From: Candidatus Poribacteria bacterium
GTDB lineage: Bacteria; Poribacteria; WGA-4E; WGA-3G
Length of the DNA stretch: 64,000 nucleotides
Direction: 5' to 3'
Assembly: GCA_965242965.1 (NCBI GenBank)
Contig: OZ251518.1
Location: 5,088,001-5,152,000, forward strand
The position numbers and the translations under genes are program-made. This document shows positions 20,357 through 30,222 of the stretch, piece by piece; positions within the stretch are counted from its first letter, which is position 1; each line of letters begins with the position of its first letter. Below the pieces are notes generated by a model, which was given only the letters and a program-made list of their open reading frames with translations, was not told where the DNA came from and searched no databases.

Positions 20357-21457
20357 ATGTCAAACACAACACCTGTTCGCACCGTGATTGTCGGATGCGG
20401 TATGATTGCTGCAGGAGGCTATCAACCTCGGTGCCAAGCGTATCCGCATCGCATTGAACTCGTTGGCTACTATGACCAGGATGAAACCCGCGCCGCCGCG
20501 TTAGCCGAGAAATCTGGCGGCCGCGTCTACAAATCGCTTGAAGAAGTGCTGAACGATGCCAACGTAGAGGCGATTGTCAACCTGACTATCCATATCTCTC
20601 ACTACCCGGTCTCCTTGGCTGCCCTGAAAGCAGGGAAACATGTCTATTCCGAAAAGCCGATTTCCATCCACACCGATGAAGCGAACGAACTCGTTGAAAC
20701 GGCGGAGGCGATGGGCTTAAAACTAGCCTGCGCGCCCTCGGCGATACTCGGATACGTGCAGCAGAACGTCTGGAAACGGATTCGCGAAGACGAAATCGGC
20801 GAGGTGATTTCCGCCATCGGTAACTTCGGCGGCCCGCTGGAGCATTGGCACCCGAACGCGGATGCGTTCCTGATGCACGCCGGCCCCTTCCGCGATGTCG
20901 CACCCTATCCCTTAACGGCGATGACGACGATGATTGCCCCTGTCAAAACCGTTCACGGGTTCGCCAGAGTCGCTGTGCCGAAGCGGATGTTGCACCAAGG
21001 ACCGCGCAAAGGCACCGAGTTTGAAGTCACTGAGAAGGACCACGGGTTCGCCGTGTTAGAGTTTGAAAACGGCGCACATGGACTCATCTATCACAGCTTT
21101 ACCGTCGCATCCGGTATTCCACCTTACGAAATCCACGGCACGAAAGGCGGGTTCTCTTTGCAAGCGCACGATGACGGCCGCGGCATCCAAAAGTTCACGC
21201 CCGAAAACCGATGGACAGACGAAGATTCGCCGCCAAAGGCATACACAGGATTAGACTGGGGCAAAGGTGTCGCCGATTTCGCCGATGCAATTCGGAATAA
21301 CCGTGCTCCCCGTTGCAACGGCGCGCAGGCTCGGCACGCGCTGGAAGTCTGCGAACGTGTCATTGAATCCTCCGAACTCGGCAGACCGGTTGATGTCATC
21401 AGCCGTTTTCCTGCACCGCCTCCAGTTGGCGGGGTTGCACCGTGGGAGGAAAACTAG
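20357..21457 (+). CDS. Gfo/Idh/MocA family oxidoreductase
   Basis: IVGCGMIA, AGKHVYSEKP, EIHGTKG; AAGGAG RBS. Confidence 0.9.
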   Translation: MSNTTPVRTVIVGCGMIAAGGYQPRCQAYPHRIELVGYYDQDETRAAALAEKSGGRVYKSLEEVLNDANVEAIVNLTIHISHYPVSLAALKAGKHVYSEKPISIHTDEANELVETAEAMGLKLACAPSAILGYVQQNVWKRIREDEIGEVISAIGNFGGPLEHWHPNADAFLMHAGPFRDVAPYPLTAMTTMIAPVKTVHGFARVAVPKRMLHQGPRKGTEFEVTEKDHGFAVLEFENGAHGLIYHSFTVASGIPPYEIHGTKGGFSLQAHDDGRGIQKFTPENRWTDEDSPPKAYTGLDWGKGVADFADAIRNNRAPRCNGAQARHALEVCERVIESSELGRPVDVISRFPAPPPVGGVAPWEEN

Positions 21458-21460
21458 GTA

Positions 21461-22170
21461 AAGGTGTTTCATAAATCCGTTTCGGCATTTATCCCCTTGG
21501 AGAGCGGCGACTCCCGCGCCCTCTTGGTAGGAGAGACCTCCTGGTCTCGATGCAATTGATGTCTCCGTAGGCACGCCCTCCTGGTCTCGATGCAATAGGG
21601 CGGCGCGCCTCCCGGGGCCGCGGCGGCAGAAAGCCCCTTCATTGTAGGGCTTGGGCCCGCGCAGGTTTCCACACGCGCATCCGAGCGGGTTTCCCTCGCC
21701 ATCGTCCGCGCAATCCAACGATCGCGGGGGACAGGCCCCCGCGCTACGGACAGAGAAAACCCCCTTTCACCGTAGGGCGAGGGCCCTCGCATGCCACACG
21801 CGCAGGCGAGCGGGTTCCCCTCGCCATCGTTCCCGCTACGGAAAAAACGTCTCTTGTTCTCTTCAGGTCCTTTAGGTCCTGAATGTCTATAGCACGCGCA
21901 CCAGCGAAGAACCCTAAGGTCCTTTAGGTCCTTAATGTGTTTTGCCATGCGGCGCGTTTTTTTATTAAGGACCTAAAGGACCTTGAAAACAGAACGACAC
22001 GTGCTGCTATAGACATGTAGGTCCTAAAGGACCTAAAACGCCCCTCTTGACGATGGAGTTCGCGGGGGCCTGTCCCCCGCGCTACAGGAACATCGAGCCC
22101 CGAGGTCTCTCCTACCGGCAGAAATTGAGACCAGGAGGTCTCGATGCCCCCGCGCTTACAAACCGCGCCT
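21461..22170. repeat. Mixed REP-like cluster starting with AAGGTGTTTCATAAAT
   Basis: Same repeat families as 19387-20010 and 51492-51796. Confidence 0.85.
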
Positions 22171-24886
22171 ACTGCGTCGTTTTCCCGAGACTCAGCAAAT
22201 TGACGAACAGACGATACGCGCCTTCCACACCGGCTGGCAACTGCCGATAAAAAGCATACGCGGCGTAAGTGTAAGTTCCTTGTCCGTATTGCGCGTGGAG
22301 GAGGCCGCCGAGTTGCGGCTCCTGCCCCCGGTCGTTGCAGGAGAGGAGTGCCTGATAGTTCTCATCCCATTCGGTTAAGAATTTTGAACCGCGCTCCTCT
22401 ACCCAGGCTTCAAAATCGGCTTCCGTAATCCGATGGGGTTTCCGCAATATCGGATGCATCGGTTCCAAAATACGCACCGGTGCATCCTCTTCGGATACCT
22501 CCTCCGGTCTTCTGCCCATCGTATAGGGATAAGGCCCGAAGGGTGCCGCGTCAAATTCCGGTGTCTGATATTGGACGATGAGGTTGCCGCCTTTCTGCAC
22601 GTAATCGAGAAGCCTGCCGTTATAGGCGACGAGATCTCGGCGCACAGCATACGCGCGAATGCCAATGAGAATCGTATCAAAGATGCTCAAATCGCTGGTG
22701 CGGAGTTCATCCCTGTCCAGCAGTTGCACGTCGACACCGAGTTGTTGTAGTGCCTCCGGCACCTTATCTCCGACACCCATGACATATCCGACGCGCAAAT
22801 CCTCAGGGACGACAACATCAACAGTGTGGAGCGTCATCGTGGCAGGCCGATAGAGATGATGCGGTTCTAAATCCCGATGCGCGATTACCTGATACCCAGT
22901 GGTGTATTCCTTTCCGTTGAAGGTAGCGACAGCCTGAATTGTGTAACTTCCGCTAGTCTTTATCTCCTGCGCCGAGACGCGGAACGCCACGGTCTGACTC
23001 GCGCCTTCGTGTGTGAAAGCGAAAGGTGCAGATGCCGGTTCCGCACTCCAGCCTTCAGGCAGTTTCAGCGTGACGACACCTTCCGCTGCCCCTTTGACGT
23101 TATTGAGCAGTTCCACTGCCACGGGTATCTGCGCTAGATTTCCATGCGCATCTTCCTGTAGGGACGGATTTCTATCGCCGCCCGCCGGTATAACCCCAAT
23201 GCGCGGGGACACCGACACGCTAATCGCCGGTGCAACCGTTAGCAAACGCCTCTTCTCTCCCCAGGGTCTGTCAATGGAGACTGTCTGTGCGGGTTGCCAC
23301 AATTCAAATTCCACACCTTCCACGCGATAGGTTAAGGCTCCATAAACTTCGGGCGGCGCGAAGGGTAAAAAGCGGAATTCTGGGTTCTCAAGCGTATAGA
23401 CAGCGTCGTGGTATTCGGATGCGCGCGTCCAATAAGGCTGCGTATAGGCATCGGTATCCTGAGGCACTTCCACCTCAAATTGGATAGACACCGGTTCGTT
23501 TTGCTTCACAGTCGGAAGTTCGCGCCTAGCGGCACGGACAGTCCAACCGTCAGGCGTGCTAAGCGAGGCGTATTTCAACGCAATATCCACCGCTGTCGGG
23601 TTTACCAACCGCATCGCAATCGCAAAGGTTTGGCCCGGAATTGCCACGGAGAAAGTCTCTGGCGAACGGAAAAAAGATTCGTCTGCGCCTTTCGGCTGCA
23701 CCAGCACCTCCAACGAGAGCCCTAACGCAGCGTTCGCCGCTGTCATCAACTCCTGTTCCTTGTTCCGTAGGAGGAACAGCAAATGCGCATGCGCTGGCAA
23801 ATGCGCTGCTTCATCAACGCTAACGCTTTCGATTAAACCGCGCGTCGTTTTGAGTCCCGCGGCGAGGTGTGGGACGACTTTCCACGGTGCGCGGGCATCG
23901 AAAGCATTTATCGCGGTGTCCACACTCTCCTGAAGTTGCGCGAAATCAGCGGTCAACTCCGGCAGGTGGGCAATTTCTGCCATGCCTATAAGCGTCGTGT
24001 CCAGTCCGTCAAAGAGACTCTGTTCCGCAGGCGAGGGTTGCACTCCCGCCGCTGTCTCCACTAAACGCAACTCAGCGATGGAAGCCCCTTTAGATGCCAG
24101 CGTCTGTCCTGCGCCTTGCGAACGTTGGTAACTCAACCCTTTGCGCGCGATTTGCGCGTAAGAGAGCCCGAGCAACGGATTGTATTCACCCGTATCAATT
24201 TTGAGGAGCGGCGTATCCGCCGCGTCAGTTTCGCTGCGCCGCCATCTTGAACGCGTAATGTAGAGTTTCTTCGGTTGCCACGGATGCAAACCTGCCTCAA
24301 AGTGTTCAGGAAACCGATTTGCATCCCCCGCCGCACGAAACGCCTCGAACGTGACAACCCCTGAAACCTGATGGTGCCCGTGTCCATCCTGCTGGTTCCC
24401 CTGAAACCGAGAGATGATGACATCGGGACGGTACTGCCGAATAAGGCGCACCATATCCTCCAGCAGCATCTCCTTATCCCACTTCTCTAACGTTTCGTCC
24501 AGCCGTTTAGAATAGCCGAAGTCTACTGCCCTGCTGTAAAAGAGCTCAATCCCGTAATAGCGCGCCGAAGCGAGATGTTCTGCGGTTCGGACAATCCCCA
24601 GCGCGTCGAACAACTCCGAACCGATGAGATTCGCGCCGCCTTCGCCGCGCGTCGTGGAATATAACCCCGTTCTGACTCCCTGTCCGCGGCTGAGCCACGT
24701 CAACAACGGGCCATTTTCATCGTCCGGATGAGCGACGGTGTGCAGGACGGTAGCAGTTGTCCGTAAGCGTTGCAACGCGCGCCAAACTTCCGCTGCGTTC
24801 GTCATCCCGACTCTTTCGTCTGTATCTGCCATTGTCAAAGTGCCTCCGATTGCAAACGTTAAGATTAAGATAGCGATATATTTCAT
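22169..24886 (-). CDS. PIG-L family deacetylase with Ig-like/NEW3 and C-terminal GATase-like domains
   Basis: AHPDDEN, TRGEGGAN, DFGYSK, HGHHQ, GYVMGVGD, FYRQLPAGVEGAYRLFVNL; signal peptide from ATG 24886. Confidence 0.9.
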   Translation of the reverse strand: MKYIAILILTFAIGGTLTMADTDERVGMTNAAEVWRALQRLRTTATVLHTVAHPDDENGPLLTWLSRGQGVRTGLYSTTRGEGGANLIGSELFDALGIVRTAEHLASARYYGIELFYSRAVDFGYSKRLDETLEKWDKEMLLEDMVRLIRQYRPDVIISRFQGNQQDGHGHHQVSGVVTFEAFRAAGDANRFPEHFEAGLHPWQPKKLYITRSRWRRSETDAADTPLLKIDTGEYNPLLGLSYAQIARKGLSYQRSQGAGQTLASKGASIAELRLVETAAGVQPSPAEQSLFDGLDTTLIGMAEIAHLPELTADFAQLQESVDTAINAFDARAPWKVVPHLAAGLKTTRGLIESVSVDEAAHLPAHAHLLFLLRNKEQELMTAANAALGLSLEVLVQPKGADESFFRSPETFSVAIPGQTFAIAMRLVNPTAVDIALKYASLSTPDGWTVRAARRELPTVKQNEPVSIQFEVEVPQDTDAYTQPYWTRASEYHDAVYTLENPEFRFLPFAPPEVYGALTYRVEGVEFELWQPAQTVSIDRPWGEKRRLLTVAPAISVSVSPRIGVIPAGGDRNPSLQEDAHGNLAQIPVAVELLNNVKGAAEGVVTLKLPEGWSAEPASAPFAFTHEGASQTVAFRVSAQEIKTSGSYTIQAVATFNGKEYTTGYQVIAHRDLEPHHLYRPATMTLHTVDVVVPEDLRVGYVMGVGDKVPEALQQLGVDVQLLDRDELRTSDLSIFDTILIGIRAYAVRRDLVAYNGRLLDYVQKGGNLIVQYQTPEFDAAPFGPYPYTMGRRPEEVSEEDAPVRILEPMHPILRKPHRITEADFEAWVEERGSKFLTEWDENYQALLSCNDRGQEPQLGGLLHAQYGQGTYTYAAYAFYRQLPAGVEGAYRLFVNLLSLGKTTQ

Positions 24887-24905
24887 ACGTCTTCCTCCCT
24901 TTCCC

Positions 24906-25026
24906 CGTAGGCGAGCCCTCCCGGTCTCGATAACCTCTTCGGTAGGAGAGACCTCCTGGTCTCGACTCGCCGTAGGCGAGCCCTTCCGGTCTCGACGCCC
25001 CGTAGGAGAGCCCTCCCGGTCTCGAT
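24906..25026. repeat. Four tandem GTAGG(A/C)GAG..GGTCTCGA repeats
   Basis: About 30-bp period direct repeats. Confidence 0.85.
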
Positions 25027-25058
25027 TTCTCGATTTTTCCATGCCGCAAAACCTACCA

Positions 25059-25955
25059 TTATCCGAGCGCGCCCCGGAGCAACTCCACACTTTGCTGCAC
25101 CCCCGTGTGCGCATCCGCCTTCCCCTCAAATTCAATCGAGACATACCCCTGAAATCCCACCGACTTCAGGATTTGCCCGATTTTCGCATAATCAAGCTCC
25201 AACGTATACCATTCCCCGCCGCCGTAATAGGTTTTGGCGTGAACAAGCACCGCTTCCGGCGCAATCTGCGCCAACTTTTCATACGGAACAGTAGGAGAGA
25301 CCTCCCGGTCTTGACTCCCCGTAGGAGAGACCTCCTGGTCTCGACTCCCCTCTCCGCTTGAATGCGAGAGAAAATTCCCGCAATCCATCGTCACTTTCAA
25401 CCATTCCGAGTCAATAGCCGACACGATGCGGTTCACACCTTCCGGCGTGCATGTCAACCCCCAGTGGTTTTCCAAAGCGAGGATAACCCCGGATTTCTCT
25501 GCATCCGGCAGGCACTCCTCAATAGCGGCGATAACCCAAGTGAACGCCTCATCTTCAGTGTGGCCGGGGAGCACCGGTTCATGTCCTTCCATCCGCATCA
25601 ATTCGTTAAAAGAGCCCGCGGTGCCCCATCGTCCGGAATTAAGCCGAATCGCGGGAATGCCGAGCTCGTGTGCCAAACGGATGCAGTGGACAGTGTGATT
25701 GATATTTTTCTGCCGCGTCTCCGCGTCTGGCGAAACGAAGCCTTGATGAATGGAGAGCGCGTAGAGATCGAGCCCGTGAATGAACGCGAGCCGCTTCAGG
25801 TTCTGCAGATACGAATTCGCCTCAGATGCCATCTGTTGATGCAGGATTTCAACGCCATCTAATTCCATGCGTGCGGCTTCCTCAATGACATGCTCAATCG
25901 GGACGCGTTCGGGGGTAAAATGCCAATATGAATACGTAGATACGCCAAGTTTCAT
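25059..25955 (-). CDS. Sugar-phosphate isomerase/epimerase (TIM barrel)
   Basis: LALENHWG, MDCGNF, VHAKTY, GYVSIEFEG; in-frame REP insert at 25291-25350. Confidence 0.9.
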   Translation of the reverse strand: MKLGVSTYSYWHFTPERVPIEHVIEEAARMELDGVEILHQQMASEANSYLQNLKRLAFIHGLDLYALSIHQGFVSPDAETRQKNINHTVHCIRLAHELGIPAIRLNSGRWGTAGSFNELMRMEGHEPVLPGHTEDEAFTWVIAAIEECLPDAEKSGVILALENHWGLTCTPEGVNRIVSAIDSEWLKVTMDCGNFLSHSSGEGSRDQEVSPTGSQDREVSPTVPYEKLAQIAPEAVLVHAKTYYGGGEWYTLELDYAKIGQILKSVGFQGYVSIEFEGKADAHTGVQQSVELLRGALG

Positions 25956-26243
25956 CTATCACCTCTAATTGGTTGTTGGAGATATGATAACATCATTTGC
26001 AGTATAAAATCCACACTTTTTTCCCACCCCTCACCGTAGGGCGAGGGCCTGTCCCTCGCCATGCTCCGACCTGAGGATTATGATTTCGTTCTCTATTTCC
26101 CCACACTCCTTCCCTTGCCGTAGGGCGAGGGCCTGTCCCTCGCCACGCTCCGACCTAAGGATACAATTCTTTCAATAAATCCCCGAATTTCGTAGAGCGA
26201 AGGAGCTTTCCTTCGTCCGTCCTTCGCCATGTCCCGATTTCAT

Positions 26244-26283
26244 AAAAAAAACCGCCGCGTGCCTCTATGACACACGGCGGTTT
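26244..26283 (-). terminator. Rho-independent terminator
   Basis: AAACCGCCGTGTG..CACGCGGCGGTTT stem followed by a T run on the minus strand, just after the 26301 stop. Confidence 0.7.
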
Positions 26284-26300
26284 GGGAAATAAACCGATTT

Positions 26301-26594
26301 CTACCTCCCCTTTTTATTTTTCCGTTTTTTTTGTTCCAATTGCCGAGTTTCTGCCTCTAGTTCCATTTTCCTGATTTTCATTTCTGCCTTTAGTTCCAAT
26401 CTTGTGATTTCAAGCTGCACCTCGCTTTTTAGTTGCTCGCACTTAAAGTGGCAGTTGAAACCAATCCAAAATATGACAAGTATTACTAAACCTATAAACA
26501 CAACATTAGGGTTGGCATTTTCAACAATAATTTTCAGCATCCCTAATGCCGTTCCAAGCACTCCTTTTTTTAAAAGGAATTTTCTAAATTTCAT
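26301..26594 (-). CDS. Small AT-rich membrane protein with coiled-coil tail
   Basis: GAGGAAGGAA RBS; TM segment; LELKAEMKIRK/MELEAETRQLE repeats; basic C-terminus. Confidence 0.55.
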   Translation of the reverse strand: MKFRKFLLKKGVLGTALGMLKIIVENANPNVVFIGLVILVIFWIGFNCHFKCEQLKSEVQLEITRLELKAEMKIRKMELEAETRQLEQKKRKNKKGR

Positions 26595-26894
26595 GAGTTC
26601 CTTCCTCTATTTTTTAATATGTAGAGCCAAGTTTGAGTTCAGTCTCCACCCATAGTAAATTCTCACGTTGCTTTAAACTTGCTGATATGAAGTCCGTAGA
26701 CTTTTTGGTTAATATTCGCACCCCCTAATGTATGTTATGTCAACTCTAATTTCAATACCGTATACGCCTAGTGATGAGTAAAAATCACTATTAAGTTAGA
26801 CGAGAAAAAGAGGAAAAGGTTTAAAATTTTCATGAAATCCCTCTTTCGCAGTGATACCAAATTACGTGAGGGAGTTTCATAACTCGCTCAACGT

Positions 26895-27356
26895 CGCGGG
26901 AACAGGCCCCGCGCTGCGGGAAAAAACGCCACCCCTTCACGTAGGGCGAGGGCCTGTCCCTCGCCATGCCTTGATCAGGGAAACGGCCTTGGCTGGCGTT
27001 TTTCGCGTAGGTCGAGCGATCGCGGGGGACAGGCCCCCGCGCTACGGTAGATGAGGCGACCTTGCTCTTGACCCGTTCGGGAGCAGGTGCTCCCGAACTA
27101 CAGTCTCTTCAAGGTCCGTAGGACCTTAATGTCTATAGCACGCGCAGGCTGTCGCGTCCTCAAGGTCCGTAGGACCTTAATGTCTTCTGCGGCGTTACGT
27201 GTGCCGTTGATTAAGGACCTAAAGGACCTTAGGATTCTTCGCGGGCGCGCGAACTATAGACATGCAGGACCTAAAGGACCTGAAGAGGTTTTTCACGTGA
27301 ACGATCGCGGGGGACAGGCCCCCGCGCTACGGGCCCGGAAAGGGGTTCGCCTCGCC
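26895..27356. repeat. Mixed REP-like cluster
   Basis: Near-copies of segments at 17280-17870. Confidence 0.85.
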
Positions 27357-27362
27357 ATATCT

Positions 27363-28232
27363 CTAGGGATCTGAGCGTTCCTTGGGCGCGCTGTCACGCT
27401 GTCTTAAATGCGGCGGTAAGCGCACTCTTTGATGCCTGTCAACGGTGGAATAGACACTGGCGAGAAACGTCTCATCCGTGGTAAACGCATAGAGAATGCT
27501 GTTGAAAAGAATGGGATCTTGGAGAGCTATCCAGAGGCTCCCCTCGGCTGTCCCATGTTTTTCAAACACGGCTTTTATCCAGCGTCTATCCTCGGAGAGA
27601 TGTGTCTCCGCCACACTTGACAGCGGCATTTTGAAATACCGGACAATCAGGGTCCACTCTGCCGGCATTAACTTAATAGTTGCGGGAATGCCGAAACGGC
27701 GTTCCAGCATCTCTCTCGCCGCCGAGGTTGCCATGAGTCGAGGCCCCGTGCGCGGGGAAAGAACGAACTCCCCAGTGCGCTCAGAGTTCGGTAGATCTCC
27801 GCCCTCATTCCTAGCTCTGTACATCCAAGCCCCTGTCACCTCAAAGTGGACGAGGAAATGTTCCGCAGCCGTTATCTCGTCAACGCTATCAACGCCGAGT
27901 TGCTCCCAGTAGGAGGAGAGGTAGCGTTCTTTCGGTGGCAAAATCCTGTTGCTAATCTTCTCAAAGTCAATAATCGTCTCAAACGCATTCACCGGTGCCG
28001 CGTCCGGATGCGCCTCCGCGAGGAAAGCGAGATATTCGGGACTCTCGGCGAGTCTGCGGAACGTTTGGAGGTTCACATCAAGGATGTCGCCGGGGAACTT
28101 CTGTCTGAGGCGCGTGAACGCCGCTTGCTCTAGTGCGGTAGGTTCTCTGTCCTCGTGCAGGTAGTCGGCTGCAGCGGTGAACACACCGCCGCTGACCCAA
28201 GCGAGCAGCACGAGCCATGCTAAGGTTTTCAT
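27363..28232 (-). CDS. Hypothetical secreted protein
   Basis: Signal peptide, AGGAGG RBS; SPEYLAFL motif shared with its neighbour. Confidence 0.7.
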   Translation of the reverse strand: MKTLAWLVLLAWVSGGVFTAAADYLHEDREPTALEQAAFTRLRQKFPGDILDVNLQTFRRLAESPEYLAFLAEAHPDAAPVNAFETIIDFEKISNRILPPKERYLSSYWEQLGVDSVDEITAAEHFLVHFEVTGAWMYRARNEGGDLPNSERTGEFVLSPRTGPRLMATSAAREMLERRFGIPATIKLMPAEWTLIVRYFKMPLSSVAETHLSEDRRWIKAVFEKHGTAEGSLWIALQDPILFNSILYAFTTDETFLASVYSTVDRHQRVRLPPHLRQRDSAPKERSDP

Positions 28233-28261
28233 GAGAATGCCTCCTATGTGGCTTATTCTGA

Positions 28262-29314
28262 TTAATTCTCCGCCGATTTTTGCTGCAGCAGGCGTTCTAC
28301 CTGGGCAGCCACCTCGGGGTCTGCTGTTTTCAACCGGCGGAGCCCCTCTTCAGGGCCGTATTGATTCAACATCTGTATCGCACGCGTGAAACGCTGCGGT
28401 GAAAACTGCGCCCGGAGTGCCTTTTCAACAGTCACATCGGTAGGACGTTCGGGTGCTGTCGGCAGCAGTTCCTCGGTGAGTGCCGCCTTGATTTCCGCCT
28501 CGCTTTCGGGTATCCGTTCCCTCTCCTCAAGCGATGGCGCGGCTTCTCGCGGCGGGAGCGTGTCAGCAGGTTCCTCGGCAACATCGGTTGTGCCGGTGTC
28601 ACTCAGGCTCTCGGCATCGGTTGCCGGCGGCGACGTGTCAACATCCCACGGCGTTGGCTCGGCGACGATGCTAGCAGCATTTTGGCGGATATCGTCGCCC
28701 CACTCGTATTCGCCTTCATAACCATTGAAGTAGCCGTGTCTCCAGACCTGATTTGCAAAGTCCGCGTTAAACCGACGCAGCACATCGGCTGTACTCTGGG
28801 CTGGATCTTCCAAGGCAATCTCTGCGACGCGGCGGCGCATCAAGGGCTCATAATCGGCGTATTCGCCACCGTCCGGAAAGTATTTTTGGAAAAACTCCGC
28901 TTGGACACGCCTGCCGGTATGCGGGATACCTAGCGATTCATGGAGTTCCCACCACAAAACGGCATTGAAGCCCGGTTTCGCTTCCTGCTTCCTGACGTAT
29001 TCCAGATAGGCAGGGGAATTCAAGACTTCCTGCAATTGCTGCATGCGGGGTTCGTCGTCCTGCCACCCTAAAGCACGCATCAGGTCAAGGTGCCCTTCCT
29101 TTTTTCTTTCTGCCCTTTCTTCAAGCGTCTCCTCTTGACGTTCCTCAGCGGATTGCGCCGTTTGCGATGTCTGCACGTCGCGCTGTTGGGGAGTGGGAGC
29201 TTTGTAGATAACCACGGGTCCCATCTTTTTCGGCTGAAACAGCAGCCATCCGCCTGCGCAGAGTGCCAGGACGATGGCGATGATGCCGAAGGTCTGTAAG
29301 GGTTTTATCTTCAT
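28262..29314 (-). CDS. Hypothetical membrane-anchored protein
   Basis: N-terminal TM, PVVIYK, SPAYLEYV, C-terminal YGPEEGLRRLK..DPEVA. Confidence 0.75.
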   Translation of the reverse strand: MKIKPLQTFGIIAIVLALCAGGWLLFQPKKMGPVVIYKAPTPQQRDVQTSQTAQSAEERQEETLEERAERKKEGHLDLMRALGWQDDEPRMQQLQEVLNSPAYLEYVRKQEAKPGFNAVLWWELHESLGIPHTGRRVQAEFFQKYFPDGGEYADYEPLMRRRVAEIALEDPAQSTADVLRRFNADFANQVWRHGYFNGYEGEYEWGDDIRQNAASIVAEPTPWDVDTSPPATDAESLSDTGTTDVAEEPADTLPPREAAPSLEERERIPESEAEIKAALTEELLPTAPERPTDVTVEKALRAQFSPQRFTRAIQMLNQYGPEEGLRRLKTADPEVAAQVERLLQQKSAEN

Positions 29315-29439
29315 GACGCTAGGTTCCTCTCTATTGGGGAGCAGTTGCGTCTATGAGCGTAACTGCAGGTTAAATTGCGGGTGTTTCATAAATCGCTCAC
29401 TTCTCTTCTTCTAGATAATCTACGTCAACCTTAAATGAC

Positions 29440-30093
29440 TTACCTCCTTGATAGATCGAGAAATTCGTAAGGGTCGATACCTCCTTCATCAAAAGGCACC
29501 TGTTTGATATCTGGTGGAATGTCAGCCGCGGTAAAATCCATTCTCCTTTCGTCCATAATAGCAGTCAAACGCTCACAAGCGGCAGGATCGCCGGCAAGAT
29601 CGGAGATATAGGGGTGATTACCCGCTGTCTCCCATCTAATATAGACGGTATCTTTGAATGTGGGGTATACCAAGCCATCCTCCATGATAGCACCGTAAAC
29701 TTGTCTCCCCTGAGAGATAAGTTTTATCTCTACGCGTGCCGTTAATTCATGCTCAGATGAAAGACAGGGCCACGTTTCAGGTGGCCACCCATCCGGCAAT
29801 GCGGGATATGGCCCAAATCCGAAGGGGGAGACAAAGCGCGAGACAGTTTCGTCCCCGGATTTTGAGAAATCTTCAGTAGATAGAGAATCTTCGGGAGCAT
29901 CGGCGGGGATAGTTTTTGCGTTGGATTCCTCAAGTATTCGCCTTTCTTGACGCTGTTTGAGTTCTTTGATTTCAGCATCCAGTTTTCCAATTCTGTAGTA
30001 GAACCAAATGCTGAAACTCCCAGTTATCACGAATAAAATGAGAAGCGCGCCGATCATCGTTCGGACATAAAAAGGTTTCATGTTTTGATACAT
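29440..30093 (-). CDS. Hypothetical membrane-anchored protein
   Basis: N-terminal TM, VSPFGFGPYP and EGGIDPYEFLDL motifs. Confidence 0.7.
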   Translation of the reverse strand: MYQNMKPFYVRTMIGALLILFVITGSFSIWFYYRIGKLDAEIKELKQRQERRILEESNAKTIPADAPEDSLSTEDFSKSGDETVSRFVSPFGFGPYPALPDGWPPETWPCLSSEHELTARVEIKLISQGRQVYGAIMEDGLVYPTFKDTVYIRWETAGNHPYISDLAGDPAACERLTAIMDERRMDFTAADIPPDIKQVPFDEGGIDPYEFLDLSRR

Positions 30094-30222
30094 TTGCGAG
30101 AATAGCCAGACAGAAATTCCGTAATCGCTGTCTTGGCTACAATCGCGCTACGGTATCGGTGGTATCGGTGGTATCGGTAGACGCGATTATCGCGCCTACC
30201 GGTCCATTTACCGAGTCAAAAC

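Noticed and set aside
30152-30180. GGTATCGGT x3, and similar 9-bp repeats at 16279-16318
   Set aside because: Short, in-frame or intergenic, with no evidence of a switching role
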